A DNA stretch of 64,000 nucleotides from the human T2T-CHM13v2.0 reference genome, Homo sapiens: the NCBI RefSeq assembly GCF_009914755.1, contig NC_060937.1, one strand, 5' to 3'. Below, piece by piece: positions 38,910-49,940 of the stretch (positions are counted from its first letter, which is position 1; the number at the start of each line of letters is the position of its first letter). The position numbers and the translations under genes are program-made. Under the pieces are notes generated by a model. The model was given only the letters and a program-made list of their open reading frames with translations. It had not been told where the DNA came from and searched no databases.

Positions 38910-39410
38910 ATTAGAGAATAGGCACATTTTTATAACAAAAAGGGCCTACTATTCTCTGACCTAAGTAACATAAACTTGTTTCTTTTTCATATAATAAACT
39001 GGGAGTGGGCAAACCAGGCTGGCATGAAGGCTTGGCTCCAGAAAGATATTTTGGAGTCCAGGTTAGTTCCATCTTCTACCATTGACATCGTCCAGTTCCA
39101 GAGGTAGAAGGCGAAACTAACTTGGACTTTAAAATTTCATCATTCTCATCTGCATGTTGGAAGGTGGTTCACCATCAAGTCTGAGCTCCAACTTTAAGAT
39201 GTGGGGAAAGGTGAAACACAAGGCAAGCAATTTCAAGCAAGGTATATGCAAATCTCACAGATCTGCCTGTTCCTCTAAAGTTGGTTGGAAACTGGTCAGG
39301 TGGCCACACCTAGGAGCAACAAGGGGCTGATACATGTTCTTGGAGACTAGCATGCAAAACCAGGAAGAAAGGAACATAGGTTTGGGAGAGAAAGCTAGAT
39401 ATCTGCAATA
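38910..39410 (-). mobile_element. Old MLT1 (J/K/L-like) LTR
   Basis: gggagtgggcaaaccaggctggc…ccaggttagttccatctt…caggtggccacacctag…aaggggctg. Confidence 0.5.
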
Positions 39411-40999
39411 CCCCCAAATTATCAAAGTCAGTAGAAAACCCCAAAACTAGGTAATCTGTGATCCAGGAAAGGTGTGTTCATAATTCTTTTGAAAAGCGAT
39501 CTACATATTAACCCTCACTGAATTTATTAGCTCTGTGATTTAAAGAATGATCCTAAGTGTTCTTGCCTCTACTGGGAAGATCTCCTTATTAGCTGATTTG
39601 GAAGATCTATTTTTTGTTACATTTTCTCTCCCTCAAGTTTTCTGTGACCTGTATGTTGTAAAGACCACCCCGTTCTTGAAACTCTCCCACCCAAGCCCAT
39701 AAGCTTCTTAAATGCTGCTTCATCCCGGATCTCTTCAAGTTCCATTTTCACCTCCCTGTGTACGTTCTGGTTCTTCCTCTTCCTTCATCGCTTGAGTGGG
39801 CTCCTATCCTTGCCCACCTTCTTAGGCTACCCTTTCATTGGTAGCCTCCATCCTTTCATCATCAAGTAGCAGTTCTAATTTTTCCCTTTAGATGCAAATT
39901 TCCAGCTTAAAACCCTTTGAGATTCCATTCATCTAAAAGTATCTCCTGTGGGGTTTCACCAAGACCTGAAATTCTACAGGTCTAAAATTGATTGGTGCTA
40001 TCTCCTCTTCCCAATTCTTGCCTCCTCGTTTTACTCATTGTGTATCCAATCTCCAGTCACTGGAACTTAACATTTGAATCTCTGATAGTCTCCACTTATT
40101 TGCTGTTGTCATTCCATTTATTGACATGTTCTTCCACCTTTTCTTTACAAATAAGTCCTAAATCCATCAACTTTTATTTTTTTCTGGTTGTTTCTACCCT
40201 AGCACAGTACCCTGTTCTCCCTCATGGACAATTTTTCTAAGTGGTTTGACATTAGTCTTGCCGTGTTGAAATAAATTTACTCATTTTGGACTAGTCCTTT
40301 TGATGTGTGTCAAATTTCAATTCATTCAACATTCTAATAGAGTAATTTTTCATCCTTTCTTGTGATGTTTTCATTGGCCTAGGATGCTTTCCTCTCTTAT
40401 ACTTACTTGAATGGAACAAATGTTTTGAATTCTGTCTCAAAACTTCTTTTATATCCTCTACCACAACAACCTCAGCCCAGGCAATCATTCTGGCATTTAA
40501 TTCATACTCATTATATATTGCCTTGATGCTTTCCATAAATGAAAATCTTATATATTACCTATCAACTAGATTGTTGTATCATTGTGATATGAATCTTATT
40601 TATTTTTACCTGTGTTCCATAGTACATATTAAAATGAGTTATCTTTAATATAAAAATAATAAATACTGCTAATCTTCTAAGTAGCATCTGAATTTTGGAA
40701 GACGGAACCACTCGTATGAATATGTAGAACTATACTGTGTGTTGAAAATCACAGATTCTTAACTGATTTGTATTTCATTTCTTAAGTATGCTGCTATGTT
40801 TGTACCCTTTAGAGCCCCAAGCCAAAGATTATTCTTATTGTGGATTTTGCACTTCTCCCATCTTCCATGTATAAGCCATCAGCAAGTCCATTTATTTCTA
40901 CCATATTCCTTCTCAATTACTGTCACTCTGCTCCAAGCCATCATTGTACTTTGCCTGAATTACTACAAACCCTAAGTTTTCTCCATGCTTTCATGCTAA

Positions 41000-41321
<322 letters not shown>

Positions 41322-41526
41322 ATAATATTCATTTTCATAATCAATATCCATTCAGGTCTTCCTGAGGGCACTGTGCCCCCTCCTTATGTGGTCACTGGAG
41401 ACAGAGCAAAGAGAAAAGCAAAGTCTCTGTTGTGAGAATCCAGGCCACCCTCTCCCCTTGGCCACATGGCCCCTTGTGTCTCTTTCCTGCCTTCCTTTCA
41501 CCTCACAGTCTGATGCCTTTCTTTTC

Positions 41527-42227
41527 TTTTCTTTTCTTTTTAACCTTAAATATGTCCAATTTTTATTTGACAATTAAGCTATTTTTCTTTTTTTTTTTAG
41601 CTGATTTCATATTTCTTTTTTTTTATTATACTTTAAGTTTTAGGGTACATGTGCACAATGTGCAGGTTAGTTACATATGTATACATGTGCCATGCTGGTG
41701 TGCTGCACCCACTAACTCGTCATCTAGCATTAGGTATATCTCCCAATACTATCCCTTCCCCCTCCCCCACCTTTTACACTGTTGGTGGGACTGTAAACTA
41801 GTTCAACCATTGTGGAAGTCAGTGTGGCGATTCCTCAGGGATCTAGAACTAGAAATACCATTTGACCCAGCCATCCCATTACTGGGTATATACCCAAAGG
41901 ACTATAAATCATGCTGCTATAAAGACACATGCACACGTATGTTTATTGCGGCATTATTCACAATAGCAAAGACTTGGAACCAACCCAAATGTCCAATAAT
42001 GATAGACTGGATTAAGAAAATGTGGCACATATACACCATGGAATACTATGCAGCCATAAAAAATGATGAGTTCATGTCCTTTGTAGGGACATAGATGAAA
42101 TTGGAAATCATCATTCTCAGCAAACTATCACAAGAACAAAAAACCAAACACCGCATATTCTCACTCATAGGTGGGAATTGAACAATGAGAACACATGGAC
42201 ACAGGAAGGGGAACGTCACACTCTGGG
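41527..42227 (-). mobile_element. L1PA3-like insertion with 5' inversion (twin priming) and 3' transduction
   Basis: Minus-strand 3' end 41625-41770; inverted ORF2/3'UTR segment 41771-42227; extra non-L1 sequence and tails 41527-41615; TSD GCCTTTCTTTTC at 41515-41526 and 42228-42239. Confidence 0.93.
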
Positions 42228-43650
42228 GCCTTTCTTTTCAAACACCAAACTCCATTAATGTCTTCCTTTTTCTCCATAATACTTTTACCTATTTCCCACC
42301 CCAGGGCTTTAGCATCTGCCTTTTTCATGCCTGGAAAGCTCTGCCTGAATTGTGTGCAGGGCCCTATCCTCTTCATCATTCATGTGTCAAGCCCAATGGC
42401 ACCTCTCCCACAGGTCTGCTCCAGCTGACGGTTCAAAAGTAGCACTTCCCACCCCACATGCATGACATCAGCACCCACTTTAATTTTCTTCATTGTCCTC
42501 TTTACTCTCTCATATTATTTTCGGTATGTCTGATTTTTGACTCTTTCCTTAAGACTCTCAGTTTTATGAAAGAAAGAATGTTTTCTTGCTTGTGGCTTTA
42601 TTTCTTGGGCCTGGCACAGCAAATAATGGATCAAATTAATCATATATTCTTTCAAGTTTTGAGGAAAAAGCTTAAAACTTTGGAGAATCATGTTTAATGC
42701 ACAGATTGTTTTCCTCTTCCTGAATTATAACTAAACATTTTAACAACAGTGGAAAAGACAGCCAGGTTTTGACCAGCAAGGACTACAGACTTGGTGATGA
42801 TTCAAGAGTCAAAGAGAAAGAGCCAAGGAACAAAAAGAAAGAAAGAGTCACCTTAACAATGGGAGAAACACTGCCCTTGTCGGTGCCAGTCTGAACAGGA
42901 GCCAAGAAAGGCTTTAAATGAGTTGGAGACCAGAGAAAAATAGTCAAAATACGGTAAACCCAGATAAGAGCAACGTAAAAGGCTCTGGCTGTGAAAACTA
43001 AGACTAGGAAATGATTTTTTCAAGAAAAAATTTAAAAATAGAGTTACGTCTCCTGTTTTGTTCACGTTGTTTGTTCCTCGGACGCATTTTGATTCAGCTA
43101 AGGCAAGCTGACCACTGTTTCAAGACGGTATTTGTCAAAGGCTGGGCAACTGCTGTGTCATTGTCTCTTCTTGGTATTATGCAAATGTGACCATGTGATA
43201 TGTTTTTGTGTAAACAAAAAAGTAACACCATTAAGGACCAGAACAGGGGGAACAGAATCAACAAAGGAAAGCTCTGTAACTTAGTGCACTATCATTCCGT
43301 ATCTGATTCATACCTTTGAGCTTCCTACTTAGCATTTGTCTTAATTATTATATATGTCTTGAAAGCATAATATAGTGTTTATCTGTTCTGTCTAGAGGAA
43401 AGCAATCACAGCATATCAAATAAACTTCCAAAATCAATGGTCTTGCTAATTTAATTAAAAACTGACACATAAAACCTTGTGTACTACAAGAAAATTGTGT
43501 AAAGAGAGAAGGATCCAAATTATGAAGAAGGAAACATCAATCTAGTTCTGGTTGGAACTAAGTTTTAATAAAACAAAATGAGTGTATATTCCAATACATG
43601 TCTGGATAATGGATATATCCTTGCAAGCAGGTCCTTGAGCCCTGTACAGC

Positions 43651-43727
43651 TCATAAGCAAATGGCATCTATTACAACTAGCAAATTGCATCTATTTTTCT
43701 TCATAAGCAAATTGTATCTATTTTTCT
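43651..43727. repeat. Short degenerate tandem repeat (3 x ~27 bp, core AGCAAATTGCATCTATT)
   Basis: tcataagcaaatggcatctatt / agcaaattgcatctatttttct / tcataagcaaattgtatctatttttct. Confidence 0.85.
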
Positions 43728-44819
43728 ATTCTGACACCATATCAGACCCTCATCAATTCACATACAGTTCATTAAAATAGTCTCCCATTTTTGGTGACTG
43801 TTCTCACCTATCGTCTTACACAAATCCATAATAATAATTGTTCTAGTTCCTCGCAATTTCAGCCTATGGTGATCATTCCCACAAAAGATGCCTTTGGACA
43901 TTTACTTTTCATGTGACTCATTTACTCCAGAATTATAGGCTTGCTTCTAGGAATTCTGTGTTTCATTCTACATTCTTGTTGAACTCTCCAGTGCTGTAGG
44001 TTGCTTAGCCAAAATCTCTGGATATGAAACACATTATCTACACTATATATAAAATTTCAAAAATAATGAGAAAGATAATTTTGTTGACTCATGGTGCCTA
44101 AATTACCATAAATGACATAAATCCTTTAAAATAGATTCATTTTTCAAAGTCCTTAATGACTCCGAAGTAGACATTAAGAAAGGCATAGGGCAGAAGCCTG
44201 GATAAGGCATGGGCCCTGCTTTGTCCATAATATAACACTACTGTGTGAAGAAACACACAAATACCACAGAGGGTAACAAACATGACAGTGACGCCAGAAA
44301 TACACGTGTTACAGAAGTGCCACTGCATTGTCAGAGAAGCAGGAAGGGATTCACAGGCAGATAACACTTGCATCTAGTCCCAAAGGCTGAGAACATTCCA
44401 GTTCCAAAAGATAACCCTTGCAAACTATCCAGGAGCAAGAGAAAATCAGGAAATGTCAAAAATCAAGCACGGTGCAGTGCCAGTTGAATTTGGGGCAGGA
44501 GGCATGACTGGCTATGGGGTCAGAATTTAAAGAAGATTGTTTCAACTTCAACCTATGGTTACAAATTGTTTCTTTTCTTAAAATTTAATGTAAGGAAAGA
44601 TTCAAAGTAATTTTGAAAATATATACATGAAATATTTCTTGTACTTTTAAGCAAATGTGCATACTTAAAATGTGGAGTTCATATTTAAGATCAAAGAATT
44701 CTAAGAATAATACGTTCATTATGACTCCCTTAAATAAAAAGAAAATCCTGTATAATTCAGTTTGAAACTTTCATGTGTAATCAATGTGTAGCCTAAAATG
44801 AGTCTACGCGTGCACATCC

Positions 44820-45075
44820 ACACACTGCTCCATACACTGCTTTCTCACCTGGGTTTTGCTGTTGAGAAATCCAAAGCCATTCTGACCTCTGATTCCTGGT
44901 ATATCACCTTTTCCCCCCTCTCTGGAAGCTTTTGGAATCATCCTTTCATCATTTATGGCTTGAAATATCTCAGCAATGCATATAGGAGTAGGACTAGTTT
45001 CATCATTTACAGGAACACTTCTTGAAAGATTTCATTACAATTTCCTCCCTCTTTTCTCTGTCTCTTTTAGAGAGT
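44820..45075 (-). mobile_element. Ancient L1M/HAL1 ORF1-region fragment
   Basis: ttgctgttgagaaatccaaagccattctga…ctctctggaagcttttggaatc…atttcctccctcttttctctgtctc. Confidence 0.55.
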
Positions 45076-46818
45076 CAGAAGGAAATAAAGATTCTGAATT
45101 TGATAGATAAGACATATAGACATATAACATTATGCTATTTATGAAACATAATGTTATATAAATATATAATTTATAAATTTTAAGATTTACAATGCATATG
45201 TATTTTTGCAAGAATGAGTTTAATGATACGCTTCTCCACTTCAGGGTCTAAATAAATGTTCAAATAATGTTATCAACATTTTTACATTGTCAAACAAGTT
45301 AAATTTTTATTCTAAGATATTTTTGTTCAGATCACTTTTAAGTTATGAAATATGATTTGGTAAAAGAGGCATGACCTCTGCTTTCATATTTTAAATATTT
45401 TTATGTCTTTTGGATGTGTGGCCAATGATATAATGTAGCAGGAGTGATCCATCAGAACAAGACTATTACAATGGCTATTGTGATTTTAAGACCAGTTTCA
45501 AGATGTGAACTTTTAGAAATAAACAAATTGTTTGAGCTCTCAGTGTAACTGATATTAAAAATACACTGTGAGCACATATGACTATCAGCATTCTCTTACC
45601 TAAAGAGAGCCAGGATTCTTTACCTGGCATCAGTAAATACACATTTTTGGAAGTACTTAACCTCCAAGGACTATTACAAAGAGTGTGTTTATAAGTTTGA
45701 AAGGGGTACAAATTTTCAAAGCAATATGTGTCTCCAAGAGTTACTGTCTAGCAAAATACCCTGTAACCTTTCTTTCCCCTGCTACAGAATGCAGCTTTTT
45801 CCCTGGCCCTGTTTCTCTCTTTTCCTCATTAACTTTCTTCTTTGGCTCCCAGGTAAAGAGAGAGGTTTTCTACACCCCTATTCTAAGGACAAAAAAATCA
45901 TCTTAAATACCCTTTATCTTTCATAAGGGAGTATATAGCAATGAGGCATAATTGCCATCCAGGACTTTAGGTGAAATTTTGAAGGATATCTGGTACCTGA
46001 ACATATAGAATCTATACTTTAAATTTATGGAAAATCGTTTAAAAATGTGCTATGACCTAGGGACTCTCAATAAATAGTCTCTCTATCCTGTGAAATATGC
46101 ATTTTCTGAAATGAATGAACATAGGGAAAAGGAAATTGGTCAAATAATCATCTGTGAATATAAGATTAATACGTACCTGATACACATGAAAATTAGACAT
46201 ATATCACAGTTATTTAAGAGATTTAACAGAAACTGTGATTTGGAAAGTTGGATAGTCTAAAGCTATCACTAATAAGCAAGGTCCTTCCAGGGTGAAATAA
46301 TTGAAAGTATTTTAATGCATGCCTGTTTAAGAATATGAGTTTTCTTCTAAATTTTAGACTTGAAAAACCCTTATTTTTCTGTATTCATTCATCAATTTAC
46401 ACCTGCAGTTTAACATCATAAATCAAACCTAAAGGAAGCAGTGATTAATATGTTAAAGATGGACAACAGTTAGAAGAGGCTTTTAAATGATTGCTTCTTA
46501 TGGGAATGTCAAGTATCAGATTATTCTCATCCCTTATTACTGTATGAAATGATGTTAAAATACACTGTAATGTTGACTAAACTGCCCTCATACTTTTTAT
46601 TACTCGTATTTTTCACTTGTGATATATGGAGCAGTTCACTTCTAACAGCAAGTAGATCTCACTATCATTTCCGTAGCCACTCACTTGGGAGGTCCCTGTG
46701 CCATGCCTCACTCCACGTGAAGCCCACAGGCTGGGTGGCCATATCTGCTCACACTTTCCTCCCAACACAGTCCTTCAGATTATTTTGCAGCCTGCTTCTT
46801 TCACTGCCTGGTATTGCC

Positions 46819-46862
46819 ATTATTATTATTATCATCATCATCACTGTTACCATCACTACTTC
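46819..46862. repeat. (TAT)n(CAT)n trinucleotide tract
   Basis: cattattattattatcatcatcatcactgttaccatcactact. Confidence 0.85.
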
Positions 46863-48129
46863 TTCCTATTAGGCTACTACTTCTTAATTACCTATTACAT
46901 GCTATAAATGCTGCCTTCTAAAAGGCACAGAAAGATAAAGTAATCGGCAGTAGACACACAGATAAAATGTGACATAACTGCAATTCTAATATATTCTGAC
47001 TTTATAGTAGAAACTTGCCTACCATATTAAGATATCAATCTCCTTTGAACGAAAGAGATACGTTTTATCTATCTTTTAATCCAACCCGGTCATTTTTTTC
47101 CAAAATATACTCCTAATAATCAGTTGTTTAAATAAATCAAATAAAGAATATCTTTTCTTCTTTTACCTGAAAATAGATACAGATAAATTTGAGAAATTAC
47201 TAGATCACACTTTTAACCAACCAAACAAACCAAATCAAGGCTAGCATGGCAAATGCGAGTAAAGAAAAAAAATACTCGGTAAACCCAAGTGCTTTCTCAG
47301 GAAAAAAAATAGAATAGAAAAAAAAAATCCAACGTATCTGGGAAGAAATATGAGGTTTCACCCTTAGTCAAGGCCAATAATTTTGTTTTAAGGAACCAAC
47401 AAATTACTGTCAGTTTTCTGAAGGTTTCATAGAGGCAAAGGAGAAAGCTTCTGTGTTTTTCTTTTCTTAAGGAAAAAATATGAAATATTGGACAAAATTC
47501 CAATGATGATGTTTTAGCCCAGCTTTGATTCATTTCAACAGCACCTTCTGGATGGCGGCTCCACTATGGGAAATTACCAGCCATTTATCATCACCTACTT
47601 CCTGCTTGCTGGGGCCTCATAACCCAGCTGACAGCCTCTGCCATCTGTTCTTGGATAATAGTCAAGGACAATAAATACCTCAGAACAACAAAACATCACT
47701 CTTTGTGTTTATTTTTTCGGCCATTACCACATACCAATTTCATAAACACACTCTATGGTATTTCATTAACTTAATCACTCATTTCACAAAATCCTTTCTA
47801 TTGAGGAAAAATATCAATTCTCTGAAATATCAAGCAAAGCATGTATTTAATTACTTTTGACCATATGTTTAGCACTGGAACATTTGCTTATGATAGAGGT
47901 AGGATTCAAAATTAGTATTCTGCACCATCTAATGTGAAAAGTTGAGATCTGGAAGAATGCCTGTCACCTCAGCAGGTGACAAAAATGGAGATAAGCAATG
48001 GCATTGATTTTACTTATATTGAATATAGAAGGCTATGTGTGAAAGAGAAAAATGGAAAGAAAGGGAATTCATGGCCCAGGTACCTCATAGAATTGTGGCA
48101 CCCTTGGAAAAGTGCTATCTATAGGGAAA

Positions 48130-48262
48130 GCTGGTTTGAATCTGCAGCTTCATCACATACTACTACTGAATCTTAATCCCACTTTTCTCATTTACAAAGT
48201 GGGGCAATACCATCTTACCAACTTCACAGGATGGTTAGTAAAAGACGAAAACACTGTAAAAT
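48130..48262 (+). mobile_element. MIR fragment
   Basis: ctggtttgaatctgcagct…ttttctcatttacaaagtggggcaatacc…acttcacaggatggtt. Confidence 0.55.
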
Positions 48263-48572
48263 GCAGTCTTATACCCCTTTACTAATAAAGATCCTGGCAG
48301 TCAATGCAGCTTGAAGACATATGAGTCTACAGTTTGCATGTGACGGCCCTGTGATTCACTGGGACTCCAAACAGTAAATTCAACAGCTTCAGCATGCTTT
48401 TAGAATACCATTCTGTTATGAGTCCATTTCAAATTTTTTAAAGGCTATTTAAATAAATCATTGTTATTTATCTATTTATGGGAAGTAGGTTACTCAACTT
48501 GTATTTTAGGAATATATTTTCAAAAAGTAATCACTCAGAGATCTCTTGCCTACATTTAAAGCTCCCCTATGG

Positions 48573-48575
<3 letters not shown>

Positions 48576-48614
<39 letters not shown>
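48576..48614. repeat. Poly(T)39
   Basis: Pure T run with no adjacent SINE/LINE body. Confidence 0.95.
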
Positions 48615-48617
<3 letters not shown>

Positions 48618-49106
48618 AGGAATGAGTCTACAAAATGCAGGAGAGCAAACCAAATAGACAAATGTAAGGAATATTGTCTAAGGGACTACCAGATCTCCAA
48701 AATGCCACTACTTTTTGTATCCTACTATTCTCAACATTCTGTGTCAGTTACCTGTGGGCTCTAAGATTCATGTACAGAGAAGAAAAAATGGATGAGCATT
48801 AAAGACAAAAAATGAAGATGTCATAGTAGAAGGAGAAATAGTAAGTTATAAGGAATAGATTAGAAATAGATTTACCATGATTAATCTATTATGCTAGCAA
48901 ACTTATATAGAGCCATGCATTAGTAGATTGATTAGATAAATCTTATGAATCTCTTTATTTGAAAACCAAAAGTATTACATTGCCACTCAGTTTTGGACCT
49001 TTACTCACGAGTATCTGATTCTTGCTCCTGGTTCTGAATGATACTTCTACTTAGAACTGTGCCTCAGATGTCACACAGCTCCCAGATAAATGAGGGTAAT
49101 CAAAGT

Positions 49107-49137
49107 TCTTGAACATCAGTGTTTCTGATGTTCAAGA
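49107..49137. repeat. Perfect 13-bp inverted repeat with 5-nt loop
   Basis: TCTTGAACATCAG-tgttt-CTGATGTTCAAGA. Confidence 0.95.
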
Positions 49138-49829
49138 TAGTAGGTGTAGGACAGTCAGGAAGGGAACACAGACCTCTCACAAGGCTTATAAGAGTTTCTA
49201 CATATGAACTGCAGAGATTGAGGTGCTTTCCCCAACCACACGTGGGTTCCTTAAAGACAAAGACCTAAAAAATGAGGCACTGCCAAAATCATAAACAGTC
49301 TCTTCGGAAGATCAGTTTATCAGTGTACAAATACACTTACTGCTAAACTATATCTTTCAGGGTATTCTTTCCCTATTTCAATTGTGACTTGATTTTTAAC
49401 CTGTTTCTCTGTAATGAAAATACAATTCCAAATATAAATGTCATTTTAGGAATAATAATTGTGGACAAAATCACAATCCAATTTGTTATAGCTGGGCAGA
49501 GGGAGAATAAAAGGAAAAGCAAGAGTAAGAATGGATAAAAACGCACTCTTATAAGTGAGTCTGAGAAAGTGCTGTGTTTGCATTTGATATGAGGAAAAAG
49601 GGATTACCAGGTGATTTTAAAAAAAGTCAATAACATGGGCAGTCTGAGATGCAGCATTCTTCACAACTTTGTCCAGAGACGAACAATGAGAGGCATGTGA
49701 TCTGAATCAACACTTGACTAACTTATTATTTTTTTATTAGATTAATTGTTGTCCATAATTTTGTTTTCAACTGGGCTAGAGGTGAGCAAAACTGAACAGG
49801 TGCACAGCCCTCTCACATGGATGCATCCC

Positions 49830-49940
49830 TGCTAGACTGTAAACCACACATGGAGATGGAGTGTCTAACTCCTCTCTTCTGTATCTCCAGGACCTAGCAC
49901 AATAAAATGTACTGAACAAATGTGTGCATGGAAGAATGAA
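49830..49940 (+). mobile_element. L2 3' end
   Basis: ctagactgtaaaccac…ctgtatctccaggacctagcaca…aacaaatgtgtgcatggaagaatgaa. Confidence 0.65.

Noticed and set aside
41432-42094. Longest ORF (220 aa)
   Set aside because: Chimera of L2, T-rich tail, antisense L1 3' UTR and the inverted L1 ORF2 C-terminus ending at a premature TAG; non-ATG start; not a gene.
43651-43727. Repeat-spacer-like triplet considered as a CRISPR-like array
   Set aside because: No unique spacers, eukaryotic context and no cas genes; ordinary slippage repeat.
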